Origin: Candidatus Eiseniibacteriota bacterium
GTDB lineage: Bacteria; Eisenbacteria; RBG-16-71-46
NCBI GenBank assembly: GCA_963744995.1
Contig: CAVUWA010000011.1
Coordinates: 384,001 to 448,000 of the forward strand
Direction of reading: 5' to 3'
Length of the DNA stretch: 64,000 nt
Shown: piece by piece, positions 7,752 through 18,600 of the stretch
How positions within the stretch are numbered: the first letter of the stretch is position 1
Layout of the letters: every line of letters starts with the position of its first letter
Position numbers and translations under genes: made by a program
Notes under the pieces: generated by a model
Databases searched by the model: none
Seen by the model: the letters and a program-made list of their open reading frames with translations, nothing else
What the model was told of the DNA's origin: nothing

Positions 7752-9335
7752 ATGGCGGAGTCGCCGATCACCAGACGCATCATTCCGCTGGTCGCGCTCG
7801 GCGTGGGCCTGCCTGCCCTGCTGCTGGCGGGGCTGGGCATCGCGCTCACGCTGCGCGTTGCGCGCGCCGTCGAACGGGACACGATGCGCTACAACTCCTA
7901 CCTGGCGCACCAGGTCGTCGCCGCCTACGAGCAGGAGCTGATGATCCACCTGCGCTCGGCCGTGCGCCCGGCCGAGAACGCGGCGCGGATCAACGGCTCG
8001 ATCGGCGACATCATGGCGGCGCTCGCGGACGGCAGCGGCGAGTTCGACGGACCGCACTTCGTCTCGATCTCCGAGCTCAACGACTACACGCTGCTCATCG
8101 TCGAATCGCAGCCCCTGATCTACGCACCCGGCGGCCCGACGCGGCCGAAGGAATACTTCGCGGGCGTGCTGCTGCGCGACGGCGAGGGGCGGATCATCGG
8201 CGCCGGCGGCTGGTGGATCAACGCCCGCGAATTCCTCGAAGCGCACCTCGAGGACGTGGTGCGCGAACGGCTGCCGTCGAATCCGCGCATGTACGGCGGC
8301 ATCGAATCCACGCGCCGGCTGAGCGTCGCGCTGCTCGGTCCGTCCGGCGAGCGGCTGGCGCGGGTGCGCGACCCGGAGAGCCGGCGCACCGCCCGGACGG
8401 CGCAGCTGACCGGTCCGTTCGAGGGCTATACCGTGCAGGTGGCCGCGACGAGCGACGCCCCCGTGGTGTGGACCGAGCGCTATGCGCTGATCCAGATGGC
8501 GTTCATCGCGGCGATGGCGATGGCGATCCTGCTCGCCACCGTGTTCGGGCTGCGCTACATCACCCGGCAGCTCGAGCTGGCGCAGCTCAAGGCCGGCTTC
8601 GTCTCGAACGTGACCCACGAGCTCAAGACCCCGATCGCGCTGATCCGGCTCGCGGTCGAGACGCTCGAGCTGGGGCGCTTCCGCACGCCGGAGGAGTCGC
8701 AGAAATTCATCCAGTCGATCGGCCGCGAGACGCAGCGGCTGTCGCAGCTCGTGGACAACATTCTCGACTTCGCCAAGCTCGAAGCGGGCCAGCGGGCATT
8801 GAAGATGACCCGGGTGGATGCGAACGACGTGGTCCGCGACGCGCTGGAGACGCTGGCGCCGCGCTTCGAAAGCCTCGGTTTCCGCGTCGAATCGCACGTC
8901 GCGCCCGCCCTGCCGCCGGTGCAGGCGGACCCGCGGGCGCTGTCCCATTGCGTGCTCAACCTGCTCGACAACGCGATCAAGTACTCTAAGGAGCGCCGCG
9001 AGGTGCAGGTGGAGACCGGGACGCGCGGCGGGGACGTCCGGATCGCCGTGTCGGACCACGGGATCGGCATCTCGTCCGCGGACCAGAAACGGATCTTCGA
9101 GAAGTTCGTGCGGGTGCAGACCGGGCTCGTGCACGACGTCAAGGGCGCCGGGCTCGGACTTTCGCTCGTGGATCAGATCATGCGTGCCCACGGCGGGCGC
9201 GTCGAAGTGACCAGTACGGAAGGTCAGGGCAGTACGTTCACTTTGATTCTGCCGGTGGCGGTGATGGAGACGCCCAGGCAGGAGCCGACACTTCAGGCCG
9301 GCTCATTGAGGTCGACTCCAGGAGAATCCACATGA
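7752..9335 (+). CDS. Membrane sensor histidine kinase (HisKA + HATPase_c)
   Basis: Two TMs, H-box VTHELKTP, N-box NLLDNAIKYS, DHGIG and GAGLGL. Confidence 0.95.
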   Translation: MAESPITRRIIPLVALGVGLPALLLAGLGIALTLRVARAVERDTMRYNSYLAHQVVAAYEQELMIHLRSAVRPAENAARINGSIGDIMAALADGSGEFDGPHFVSISELNDYTLLIVESQPLIYAPGGPTRPKEYFAGVLLRDGEGRIIGAGGWWINAREFLEAHLEDVVRERLPSNPRMYGGIESTRRLSVALLGPSGERLARVRDPESRRTARTAQLTGPFEGYTVQVAATSDAPVVWTERYALIQMAFIAAMAMAILLATVFGLRYITRQLELAQLKAGFVSNVTHELKTPIALIRLAVETLELGRFRTPEESQKFIQSIGRETQRLSQLVDNILDFAKLEAGQRALKMTRVDANDVVRDALETLAPRFESLGFRVESHVAPALPPVQADPRALSHCVLNLLDNAIKYSKERREVQVETGTRGGDVRIAVSDHGIGISSADQKRIFEKFVRVQTGLVHDVKGAGLGLSLVDQIMRAHGGRVEVTSTEGQGSTFTLILPVAVMETPRQEPTLQAGSLRSTPGEST

Positions 9336-10039
9336 AACGCGTGTTGATCGTTGAGGACGAGGAGGGCCTGCTCGAGGGTCTCGCCCACAACTTCAAGTAC
9401 GAAGGTTACGAAGTCATGACGGCGAAGACCGGACAGGAGGGCCTGCGCATGGCCCTCAAGCAGAAGCCCGACGTGGTCGTGCTCGACATCATGCTTCCGG
9501 AGAAGGACGGGTTCACCGTGCTCAAGGAGCTGCGCCAGCGGCACCGCGACATCCCGGTGCTGGTGATGACGGCGCGCAACTTCGAGGCCGACGTGCTCAA
9601 GGGCTTCGACCTCGGCGCGGACGACTACGTGACCAAGCCCTTCGGCATCAAGGAGCTGATGGCGCGCGTGAAGCGTCTTGCCCAGCGCGGCCCGAGCGGC
9701 GCGCCGGCGCCCGGTCCGACGGTGTATTCATTCGGCGACGTCGAGGTGAAGTTCGAGGCGCGCGAAGTCTACAAGGCGGGCACGCAGGTCGCCCTGTCGT
9801 TCAAGGAATTCGAGCTGCTCAAGTATCTGATCGAGCATCGCGGGCGCACCGTGTCGCGCGAGGAACTGCTCGAAGAGATCTGGGGCGTGGACGAAGAGCT
9901 CGGCGTGACGACGCGCACCGTGGACACCCACGTGTCGAACCTGCGCTCGAAGCTCGGCGCCGGATTCGACCAGCCGTTCATCGTCGCGGTCCACAAGGTG
10001 GGCTACAAGTTCGTGGAGCCGGAAGGCGCGCGGATGTAA
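9332..10039 (+). CDS. OmpR/PhoB-family response regulator
   Basis: VEDE, LDIMLP, GADDYVTKPF, winged-helix TRTVDTHVSNLRSKL; ATGA overlap with the kinase. Confidence 0.95.
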   Translation: MKRVLIVEDEEGLLEGLAHNFKYEGYEVMTAKTGQEGLRMALKQKPDVVVLDIMLPEKDGFTVLKELRQRHRDIPVLVMTARNFEADVLKGFDLGADDYVTKPFGIKELMARVKRLAQRGPSGAPAPGPTVYSFGDVEVKFEAREVYKAGTQVALSFKEFELLKYLIEHRGRTVSREELLEEIWGVDEELGVTTRTVDTHVSNLRSKLGAGFDQPFIVAVHKVGYKFVEPEGARM

Positions 10040-10083
10040 CCGGGGCGCGGGCGCGCCCGCCGCGGTCCGGGGGCGCCCCTCGC

Positions 10084-11010
10084 TCAAACCTCCACGTAAT
10101 CCGCCGCGGCGCGCGCCAGGCGCGCGAACTCCTCGAGCGTGAGCGTTTCGCCCCGGCGCTGCGGGGCGATGGCGGCGTGGCGGCACAGGCGCTCGACCTT
10201 GTCCTTCGCGAGGCCCAGGGATTCGGCCAGCGTGTTCATCAGCTGCTTGCGCCGCATGTGGAACGAGCCGCGGATGATGCGGAACAGCAGCGCCTCGCTC
10301 GGTGTCTCGACCGGTGGATGGTCGCGCACGAAGAACCGCACCAGCATGCTGTCCACGTCGGGGCGCGGCCAGAACGCCGACGACTTGATCGTCATCATCG
10401 GTTCGAGCAGCGCGTGGTAGCGCGCAAACAGCGTGAGGCTGCCGTAGGCCGGCGTCCCGGCCGCGGCGGCGAGCCGGTCGGCGTACTCCTTCTGCACGAG
10501 CAGCACCGCGCTGCGTATCACGCTCTGGTGCGCGAAGATGTGTTCGATGATCGGCGTCGTGATGTTGTACGGAATGTTGCCGACGATCGCGAGCTTCTCG
10601 ACGCCGGCCGCGTGCGCCGCGGCGGCGAGGTCGAACTCGAGGAAGTCGCCGGACACGATCTCGATGCGCGGAAATCCCTGCAGGGACTCCTGCAGCAGCT
10701 CGACCAGGCCGCGATCCTTCTCGACCGCGATCAGGTGCCGCACGCGGCTCGCGATGCGCGGGGTGAGCGCCCCCGCGCCCGGGCCGATTTCGACGACCAC
10801 GTCATCGGGGCGCAGATGACAGTGCTCGACGATCCGGTCGGCGATGTCGTCACGCACCATGAAGTTCTGCCCGAAGCGCTTGCGCGGCGAGAGCCCGTGC
10901 TCGGCGAGCCGGTCCCGCACGCGCGCGAGCTCGCTGCCCTCCTGATCGGCGCGGCGGCGGACGTAGCGGGAAACGCGGGGCGAGGTGGGCGACTTCGGGC
11001 GGGCACACAT
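10084..11010 (-). CDS. rsmA: 16S rRNA m6,2A dimethyltransferase RsmA/KsgA
   Basis: KRFGQNF, VEIGPGAGALT, GNIPYNIT, QKEYADRL, F.P.P.VDS. Start approximate. Confidence 0.95.
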   Translation of the reverse strand: MCARPKSPTSPRVSRYVRRRADQEGSELARVRDRLAEHGLSPRKRFGQNFMVRDDIADRIVEHCHLRPDDVVVEIGPGAGALTPRIASRVRHLIAVEKDRGLVELLQESLQGFPRIEIVSGDFLEFDLAAAAHAAGVEKLAIVGNIPYNITTPIIEHIFAHQSVIRSAVLLVQKEYADRLAAAAGTPAYGSLTLFARYHALLEPMMTIKSSAFWPRPDVDSMLVRFFVRDHPPVETPSEALLFRIIRGSFHMRRKQLMNTLAESLGLAKDKVERLCRHAAIAPQRRGETLTLEEFARLARAAADYVEV

Positions 11011-11053
11011 GCCCGCAGTGTAGGGGGCGGGCCGCCGAGGTGAAAGGCGGCGG

Positions 11054-12121
11054 CTAGGCCACCGAGCGAATCGCGCCGCCTTCGAGGACTTCCTTCGCGA
11101 TGTCGCGCGCGTAACGGTCTTCGGAACGCTCGGCGGCGTGGCGCAGCGCTTCGAGGCCTTCGGCGCCGAGCTCGGCCAGCGCGTAGGCGGCGTGCCGCCT
11201 GACCCACCAGGACTCGTCGGTGAGCCGGCCGGTGAGCGCGTAGACGGCCACCGGCACCTTCGCGCGGCCGAGCGCCCACGCCGCCTGCGCACGGACCTGC
11301 CACGCACGATCCTTGAGCGCCGCCATGAGGCCGTTGACGCAGTGCGCGGCGTGCATGCGGCCGAGCGCACGCGCGGCCGAGACGCGCATGTCCATCGACG
11401 CGGCGGTCAGACGCCGCTCGAGGTGCGCCGCGGCGGCGACGTCGCCGATGTGGCCGAGCGCCTCGACGATCGCCCGCTCGAGCCGCGGCGCGTCCTGAAG
11501 ACCGTCGAGCGCCTCGACCAGCAGCGTGAACGCTCCGGGGCCGAACGCGGTGAGCAGCGCGCTCCACTGCTTCATCGAGCGCCGGCGCAGTCGCTCGGGA
11601 TGCTCGAGCAGCCAGGCGAGCGCGCGCAGATCGCCGTAGCGCGCGAGCGAGCGGGCGCAGGCAAAGCTGAGGATCTCGGGACCGCCGACCAGCGCGCGGC
11701 GCAGCGCGCGGCGCGAGGCCTGGGCGCGCACCAGAGAGAGGCGGCGCGCCGCCAGCTCGCCCCGCCACGGTGAGTCGTCGCGCAGCGCACGGCGCTCGCT
11801 CGCGATGTGGCGGCTCGAGGCGAGCGCCTTCGACAGCCGCAGCCACTCGGGTCGCGCCAGGCGGGCCGCGAACGGCTCGAGCGCGCTCCAGAACGTTCCG
11901 GAGGGCACGTCGTCGATGGCCTCGCGCAGCTCGTGCAGCGCGCGGCGGCCGTCCACGTACGAGGCGAACTCGCGCGCGAGGTCCTGAGCCCGTTGCCGCA
12001 CGCGCCGTCGCTCGCGTCGTGCATACGCACGCGCGAAGAGCACCGCGAGGGTGATGCAGCCGAGGACGACGGCGAACGCCATGGGCCAGGGCAGCGTGAT
12101 GTCGGTCCCGGGGTCCAGCAT
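11054..12121 (-). CDS. Membrane-anchored HEAT-repeat protein
   Basis: N-terminal TM followed by repeats of type D..W.VR..AA.ALG. Confidence 0.85.
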   Translation of the reverse strand: MLDPGTDITLPWPMAFAVVLGCITLAVLFARAYARRERRRVRQRAQDLAREFASYVDGRRALHELREAIDDVPSGTFWSALEPFAARLARPEWLRLSKALASSRHIASERRALRDDSPWRGELAARRLSLVRAQASRRALRRALVGGPEILSFACARSLARYGDLRALAWLLEHPERLRRRSMKQWSALLTAFGPGAFTLLVEALDGLQDAPRLERAIVEALGHIGDVAAAAHLERRLTAASMDMRVSAARALGRMHAAHCVNGLMAALKDRAWQVRAQAAWALGRAKVPVAVYALTGRLTDESWWVRRHAAYALAELGAEGLEALRHAAERSEDRYARDIAKEVLEGGAIRSVA

Positions 12122-12240
12122 GGTTCGCGGGTTATCGGCGGGTCCGGGCGGCCGCTTGAGCAGCGCGCGGGCCGGCCGCGGTGCGGACGCCGGGGGGGGC
12201 GGCCCCCGGCCACGGCGGCGGCCCCGCGGGCCGGCCGCGT

Positions 12241-12975
12241 CTAGCCCTTGAGGTAGTAGTCGACGGTCGTCACGACCCGAAGCACTTTGTGCAGCTGGCG
12301 CTCTTCCTGGATGCCCGGGGCCTGATCGCGCGGCAGGATCACGAAGACGCCCTGATTGGCGCGGCGGATGCCGCCGAGCCGGCTCCTCGAATCCTTCGCG
12401 AACTGCGCCGCCGCCTCGCGCGCGCGCCCGGTCGCCTCGGCGATCATCTCGGGCTTCAGGTCGTTGAGCCGCGTGAACAGGAACGTCGGCGTGTTGTCGC
12501 CGTAGCCCGTGCCGGAGCCGAGCACCACGCCGGCTTCGACCAGCGCGCCCACCTTCTGGTGCGCGGCGAGCACGACCGACGGATCCGAGGAACGCACCAT
12601 CAGGCGCTGCGTGATGATGTAGCGGCTCGTGGTGTTGCCCTGCTGACCGTAAGGGTTCGCCAGGCGGTCGGCGACCTGCAGATCCTGAAGCTCGACCTGG
12701 CTGGTGTCGATGGCCTGCGCGTACAGGAACCGCATCACCTTGCGGCGGCTGGACTCGATCTTCGCCTGGGCCTGGCCGAGGTCGTCGCTGGTGGCGACGT
12801 AGGACAGCGGCCACAGGGCGAGATCGGCATCCACCTCGCGCTCGGAGACGCCCTTCACGGTGACGAAGCGGTCGCCGAGTCGCGCGCGTGCGAAGCCGTC
12901 GCCGATGAACCAGCCGCCGGCCACGACGGCGATGGCGAGCGCCCACAGGGCGAGCGTCGAAGCTCTTCCTTCCAC
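12241..12975 (-). CDS. SIMPL (DUF541) domain periplasmic protein
   Basis: VTVKGVSEREV.ADLA.W, A.QFAKDS...LGGIRRANQG.F.I and K..RVV.TVDY motifs. Confidence 0.9.
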   Translation of the reverse strand: MEGRASTLALWALAIAVVAGGWFIGDGFARARLGDRFVTVKGVSEREVDADLALWPLSYVATSDDLGQAQAKIESSRRKVMRFLYAQAIDTSQVELQDLQVADRLANPYGQQGNTTSRYIITQRLMVRSSDPSVVLAAHQKVGALVEAGVVLGSGTGYGDNTPTFLFTRLNDLKPEMIAEATGRAREAAAQFAKDSRSRLGGIRRANQGVFVILPRDQAPGIQEERQLHKVLRVVTTVDYYLKG

Positions 12976-13042
12976 GTGTGTGTCTCCAGTGTGCCGCCGG
13001 CGGGCGGTGCGGCGCGGCCGGGAAACGGGCGCGCGACGCCGT

Positions 13043-13834
13043 TCAGGCGGTTCCGTGAGGCAGCGTTCCGGCGCCGATCGGCAGCCGGAACAGGGCCTTT
13101 GCGTTTTCCGTGGTGACCCGCACCGCCTCGGCCGCAGTCCAGCCGCGCAGCTCGCACAGGCGCTTCACGACCCGCGGCAGCAGCGCGGGCTCGTTGCGCC
13201 GCAGCGAGCGCGGCTCGGGCTCGAGGTACGGGGCGTCGGTTTCGAGCATCAGCATCTCCGCGGGCGCCTCGCGCACGGCGGCTTCCAGTTCCGCGTGCCC
13301 GTAGGTGAGCACGCCGCCAAGGCCGAGCTTGAAGCCGAGCGCCTGCGCGCGCGCGACCGCCCGGGCGTCGTCGTCGAAGCAGTGCAGCACGCCGCCGGCC
13401 GCGGGGCGCGTCTCTTCGAGGATCGCGAGCGTGTCCTCGAGCGCCGCGCGCTGGTGGATCACGACGGGCAGCCCGAGCTCGTCGGCGAGTGCGATCTGCG
13501 CGCGGAACCACTTCTCCTGATCGGCGCGGGGCGCGTAGTCACGGTAGAAGTCGAGGCCGGTCTCGCCGATCGCCACCACACGCGGATGCCGGGCATGGTC
13601 GCGCAGGGTCGCGAGGTAGTCGTCGCCGACGCGCGCGGATTCGCTGGGGTGAACGCCGACGGCGAGGAACAGGTTGGGATGCGCGGCGGCGAGCGCGTGG
13701 GCTCTGGACACGATCTCCGGCGCGTAGGCGATCTCGATCACGTGCCGCACACCGGCATCGAAGGCGCGCGCGAACACGGCATCGCGATCCTTGTCGAAGC
13801 GCCTGTCGGCGAGATGGCAGTGGGTGTCGATCAC
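13043..13834 (-). CDS. tatD: TatD-family hydrolase/DNase
   Basis: IDTHCHL, AIGETGLDF, LHCF, ETDAPYL; GTGA overlap with metG. Confidence 0.93.
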   Translation of the reverse strand: MIDTHCHLADRRFDKDRDAVFARAFDAGVRHVIEIAYAPEIVSRAHALAAAHPNLFLAVGVHPSESARVGDDYLATLRDHARHPRVVAIGETGLDFYRDYAPRADQEKWFRAQIALADELGLPVVIHQRAALEDTLAILEETRPAAGGVLHCFDDDARAVARAQALGFKLGLGGVLTYGHAELEAAVREAPAEMLMLETDAPYLEPEPRSLRRNEPALLPRVVKRLCELRGWTAAEAVRVTTENAKALFRLPIGAGTLPHGTA

Positions 13835-15552
13835 TTCGCCTCGGCCTGGATTTCGAGGCGCGGGAACAGGCTTTCACGCTCGCCAAGCCGCCGTGGCGGT
13901 GACGGGGCCCCGAACCGGGGCCGCGCCGCATCGCCGCGCTGGTCCGCGGGCGTGCCCGCGAGCGCGAGCATGCGCCAGAGAGCTTCGCTCCTGGTCGGAA
14001 TCGCGGGCCACGACCAGATGGCGACGAGGCGCAGCGTTTCGACGAGGGCGTTGAGCGCGGTCGCCAGCTCGGCGCGACGCGACGCGTCCTTCGCCAGCGC
14101 CCAGGGTTTCACGCGCTCGATGAACTCGTTCGCGCGCTCGACGGGCTTCCATGCTTCGGCGAGCGCTTCATGGATCCTGAGATCCCGGAAGCCCCGGGGC
14201 ACGGTGCGCGACGATTCGTCGGCTGCGGCGATCAGCGCATCGAGCGCCGCGCGCGCGTCGGGGTCGGCGAGCGACGCCGGGTCGAACGTATCGGGCGTCC
14301 GGCCTTCGAAGTACTTGTGCACCATCTGCACGGTGCGGCTCGCGAGGTTGCCGAGGTTGTTCGCGAGTTGCGTGTTGCAGTGCTCGACGAACTGCTCGAG
14401 CGTGAACTCGCCGTCGCGGCCGGTGGTGATGGCGTGCAGGATGTAGAAGCGTAGCGCGTCCACGCCGTAGAGGGCGCCCATCTCGACCGGGTCGATGCGC
14501 GTGCCGAGCGACTTGGAGAGCTTCTCGCCCTTCGCGAGGATGAAGCCGTGCACGTAGACCTGGCGCGGCAGCGGCGCGCCGGCGGCGAGCAGCACGGTCG
14601 GCCAGATGATGCAATGGAAGCGGCTGATGTCCTTGCCGATCAGGTGGAACGCGTTGGTGACGCGCGGCGGCGACGCGGGGGTCCACGGTTCGCCGGGCGC
14701 GCCTTTGCCCTGCAGCGCGGCGAACTCGTCCTCGCGCGCGGCGCCGGGTCCGCCGGCCTCGCCCGCGGGCGCGAGCCACCAGTCGGTGTGGCGCGGGTCG
14801 GGCCAGCCGATCGCGGTCAGGTAGTTGAGCAGCGCGTCGCCCCAGACGTACGCGGTGTGGCCCTCGTCGCCGATGACGTCGGCCGGCAGCACCACGCCCC
14901 ACGGCACGTTGCGGCGCGTCATGCTGACGTCCAGCAGACCGCCCCTGATGACGTTCACCACCTCGTTGCGGCGGTAGTCGGGCTGGATGAACTCCGGATG
15001 CTTCTCGATGTGCGCGAGCAACGCGTCGTCGTACTCCGACATGCGCAGGAACCAGTTGGTCTCGTGCACCTTCTTCACCGGGCGGAGGTGGATCGGACAG
15101 CGGCCCTGTTCGTCGAGGTCCTTCTCCTGCTTGAATTCTTCGCAGCCGTCGCAGTAGAGCCCTTCGTAGTCCTTCTCGAACAGCGCCGGCCGGCCGGTCT
15201 TCGGGCTCTTCGCCTTCTTGAGCCGCCGGTAGAGCTCGCGCACCGCCTCCTCGTGCGCGGGGTCGGTGGTGCGGATGAAGCGGTCGTACTCCACGCGCAG
15301 CTCGCGCCAGGCGTCCTTGAAGCGCTCCGCGATCTGCTTCACGAACGCCGCCGGCTCTTCGCCCGCGGCCGCCGCGGCCTGCGCGATCTTCTGGCCGTGC
15401 TCGTCGGTGCCGGTCAGGTAGAACGTGTCATGGCCCTGCTGGCGGTGAAAGCGCGCGAGCGCGTCGGCCAGCACCTTCTCGTAGGCGTGGCCCAGATGCG
15501 GCGGGCCGTTGGCGTAGTCGATCGCGGTGGTGATGTAGAAGCGCTCGGACAA
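13831..15552 (-). CDS. metG: Methionine--tRNA ligase (short form, no C-terminal tRNA-binding domain)
   Basis: YITTAIDYAN, HLGH, GTDEHGQK, Zn knuckle CDGC...CPIH, KLSKS. TTG start at 15552 after AAAGGGGG. Confidence 0.95.
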   Translation of the reverse strand: MSERFYITTAIDYANGPPHLGHAYEKVLADALARFHRQQGHDTFYLTGTDEHGQKIAQAAAAAGEEPAAFVKQIAERFKDAWRELRVEYDRFIRTTDPAHEEAVRELYRRLKKAKSPKTGRPALFEKDYEGLYCDGCEEFKQEKDLDEQGRCPIHLRPVKKVHETNWFLRMSEYDDALLAHIEKHPEFIQPDYRRNEVVNVIRGGLLDVSMTRRNVPWGVVLPADVIGDEGHTAYVWGDALLNYLTAIGWPDPRHTDWWLAPAGEAGGPGAAREDEFAALQGKGAPGEPWTPASPPRVTNAFHLIGKDISRFHCIIWPTVLLAAGAPLPRQVYVHGFILAKGEKLSKSLGTRIDPVEMGALYGVDALRFYILHAITTGRDGEFTLEQFVEHCNTQLANNLGNLASRTVQMVHKYFEGRTPDTFDPASLADPDARAALDALIAAADESSRTVPRGFRDLRIHEALAEAWKPVERANEFIERVKPWALAKDASRRAELATALNALVETLRLVAIWSWPAIPTRSEALWRMLALAGTPADQRGDAARPRFGAPSPPRRLGERESLFPRLEIQAEAK

Positions 15553-15625
15553 GAAGCCCCCTTTGAAGCTGAGCAGTATAGGCGGTTTGTCCAGTGCATG
15601 CGGCCGCCGGGGCCGCCTCACAGCA

Positions 15626-15657
15626 GGACGGCCCCCTCGAAGAAGAGGGGGCCGTCC
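15626..15657 (-). terminator. 13-bp perfect hairpin downstream of the 1027-aa gene
   Basis: GGACGGCCCCCTC-gaagaa-GAGGGGGCCGTCC; no clear U tract. Confidence 0.6.
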
Positions 15658-15679
15658 GGGCTGCGCGGATCGTTCGATC

Positions 15680-18600
15680 TCAGCGCAGCAGCACCACCCG
15701 GGAGGTCCGGAACGGCTCCGATCCGATCCGATAGCGAATGAAGTAGATGCCGGGCCGGACGCCGGTGAGGCGCATGGTCTGCCGGTGGTTCCCGGCGGCC
15801 AGGCCGACCTTCATGCCCTCGGCGACCCGGCGGCCGGCGACGTCGACCAGGTGCGCTTCGAACGTCGCGTCCCTGGGCAGCCGGAGATCGAAGGCGATGG
15901 TTTCGCCGGACGTGAGCGGGTTGGGGGTCTGCAGCGTGATCGCAGGAAGGATCGGACAGGGATCGCAGGGATCGCACGGCTGACAGGGCGCCCCCCCGCC
16001 TCCCTGCGGCGGAGCCACGACGCGCACGCCGCCCGCCGCCGGCAGGCCGTAGGCGATCCACCGGGAGGTGGTGCCGTTGTATCCCACCTGGATCGGTCCG
16101 ACTGCGTCGCTGACCGCTTCCACCGGGAGGACGTTCCAGTTCGCCCCGCTCTGCATCGCCTGCCTCGCGAGACCGTTGCCCGTGTACGCGATCGTGGCAT
16201 TGGATCCGTTCCAGGTCATGGCGACGCCGTCGATGGTGCCCGGCGTCGCGTCGACCGTGACGGGCGCCTGCCAGCTCGTGTCGTACTGGCGATAGAACAG
16301 CGTGGTGGATCCGTCGGAACCCGTGACCTCCGAGTATGCGATCCGGGGCTTTCCGGCCGAATCCAGCAGCAGCGCCACGTGTTCGAAGTTTCCGGTCATC
16401 GAAAGCGAGACTGTCTCGGACGACACGAAGTACTTCATCACGCGGATCGCCTTCGTGGCGCCGGCGTCCTCCACGAACGCCACCCACAGCACCCCGGAGG
16501 GGTCGACGGCGGCCGAGATCGAGCGGGGGTTGGAGGCGCTGCGCAGGCCCCCCCACGGGACCGGAATCAGGTCGTAGGCGCCACGGTAGTGGATCTTCAG
16601 TTGTCCCCCGCCCGCCGGCCCGGCGTTGAAGATGATGTACTGGTCCCCGTTCGGGGCCAGGAACGATTCGAGAATCGACGCCGTGTTCGACGGGAGCCCG
16701 CCGGTCGTGGCGGTCGCGCCCGTGTCGTACAGGGGCATCTCGACCCAGCTCCCGCCGAATCGGAACGCGTCGACCGCCATACCGCTTTCGACCTTGAAGT
16801 ACGCGACGTGGTCCTGGCCCATTACGTCCACGAGCGGTCGCGGCCACTGCACGACCCACGGATAAACCTCCTCCACGGTCCACTCGCTGCCGTTGTACTT
16901 GGCCAGCATCGGCTGTCCATACGCGCCTCGATAGGCGAGCACGTGCTGTCCGCTGGACCGGATCACGAGCGCCGGCTGCGAGATTCGTTCCGAAGGCCCC
17001 ACCAGCTGGAAGGTCGATGTCTGCTGGTTGAACGTGGCCGTCGAGATCACCTGGTCGTGGACGACGGAGCGGCTGACACCGTCGGTGCCCAGCGAGCGAA
17101 CGACCAGGCGCGCCCGGTTGCTGCCGATGTTCGGCATCGTGATGAGGGCCTGGCCCCCGAGCACGCCGCTGGCCGCGACGGCATGAGGTCCGCTGATGTC
17201 CGTGGTGCCGAACTGCGGATCAGGGTAGATCTCGACGTCCGCGGGCGAGCCGAAGTCCGTCCACTGGACGCTCCGGCTCTGCCCCGGGAGCCAGCGGTCC
17301 GCTCCGGCCGAGATGCTGACCGCGTAGTCGAGCGTCGCCGTGGTCGTGAGCCGGAACAGCTGGCCTTCGCCACCGGCCAGCGAGACGGGGAACGTAGAGC
17401 CGCTGGTCACGGGGGTGTAGCTCGTTCCGCCGACGTAGCCGACGACGCTCGGCGCGCGCGTCACCGCGTAGGCCTGAGCCAGCGTGACGGTGCCGCTCGC
17501 CGGGAACAGGGACTTGTTGATGACGAGCAGATAGTACTCGTCGGGCGCCGCCTGCGGCCGAAAGATGCCCACGGCCAGGTTGTCGTTGCCGAGCGAGAGG
17601 ACCGGCATGCCGACACCGCCGGTCGAGAGCAGGTCCGTGGAGGCATCGACGTCGATGCTGCCCGTCGGGGTGGTGCTCTGGTGGAACAGGCCGAGGTGGT
17701 CGCTCGACATCACCACCGGCCCGAGAACGTTGCGCAGGTAGCGATCGATCGGCCGGACCAGGTCCGTCTTGTAGGTCGGGATCTCGCCCTCGTTCATCAT
17801 CGCGTCGTACCAGCAGAACCCCCAAGCGCAGTCGTTGCGATAGGTGAACCAGATGATTCCCTTCGCACCCGCCGCGACCGGGCCGAACGTCATGAAGCGA
17901 AGCTGGTTGGCATCCGGAGGCAGCGAGCTGCTGCCGACGATGCCCTCGTCCATCTTGCTGATGATCCAGAAGGGGCGCGATCCCAGCGCCTGACGCAGCA
18001 GCTTCATCGGGCGGAAGTAGTTTCCCGTGGTGTAGGGGGTGCTGGTGTTGAACGGGTACAGATCCGTTCCCGACACGTCCGGCCGGCGATTCGGGTCGGG
18101 GTCGTTGAGCACGCTGTCGAGATAGGCCGGGTAGCAGTTCGGATCGCCGGGATTGTTGCAGCCGGAATGCATGTTGACGTAGACGGCCCTGTAGCGACCG
18201 TCGTTGCGGGCGACGTCCTCGTCGTGCATCGCCCCGGTCCAGTCCTTGATGTCATTCCAGGTGTCGGGTGAATCGAAGAGCGGCTCGTCCCAGAGCATGT
18301 AGCCCTCGAGCGCGGCGTTGCGCTCGGGCGAGAGACTCCGGTAGTTGACGAACACGGCCTCGCCGGCGGAAGGCGTGTACGGCCTGCGGTACGCCTGCTG
18401 ACCCGAGAAGCTCCCATCGCTCGCGAGCGCCACCATTCCCGTTGCCGCAGCGGCGTCGAGCTTGGGATACAGGCCCGCCCCACCCGAGATCGGGACGCCG
18501 GTCATCAGATTGATGTGCAGGGCCGCGGCGTTCTGCGCGGGCGAGAGCACGCCGTCGGGCGTGTGGGGGTCCACGAAGGTTCCGATCATGAATTGCGTCT

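Noticed and set aside
12166..12239. 15-bp direct repeat CGCGGGCCGGCCGCG (two copies)
   Set aside because: Composed only of G and C in a GC-extreme spacer; probably part of a hairpin and not significant.
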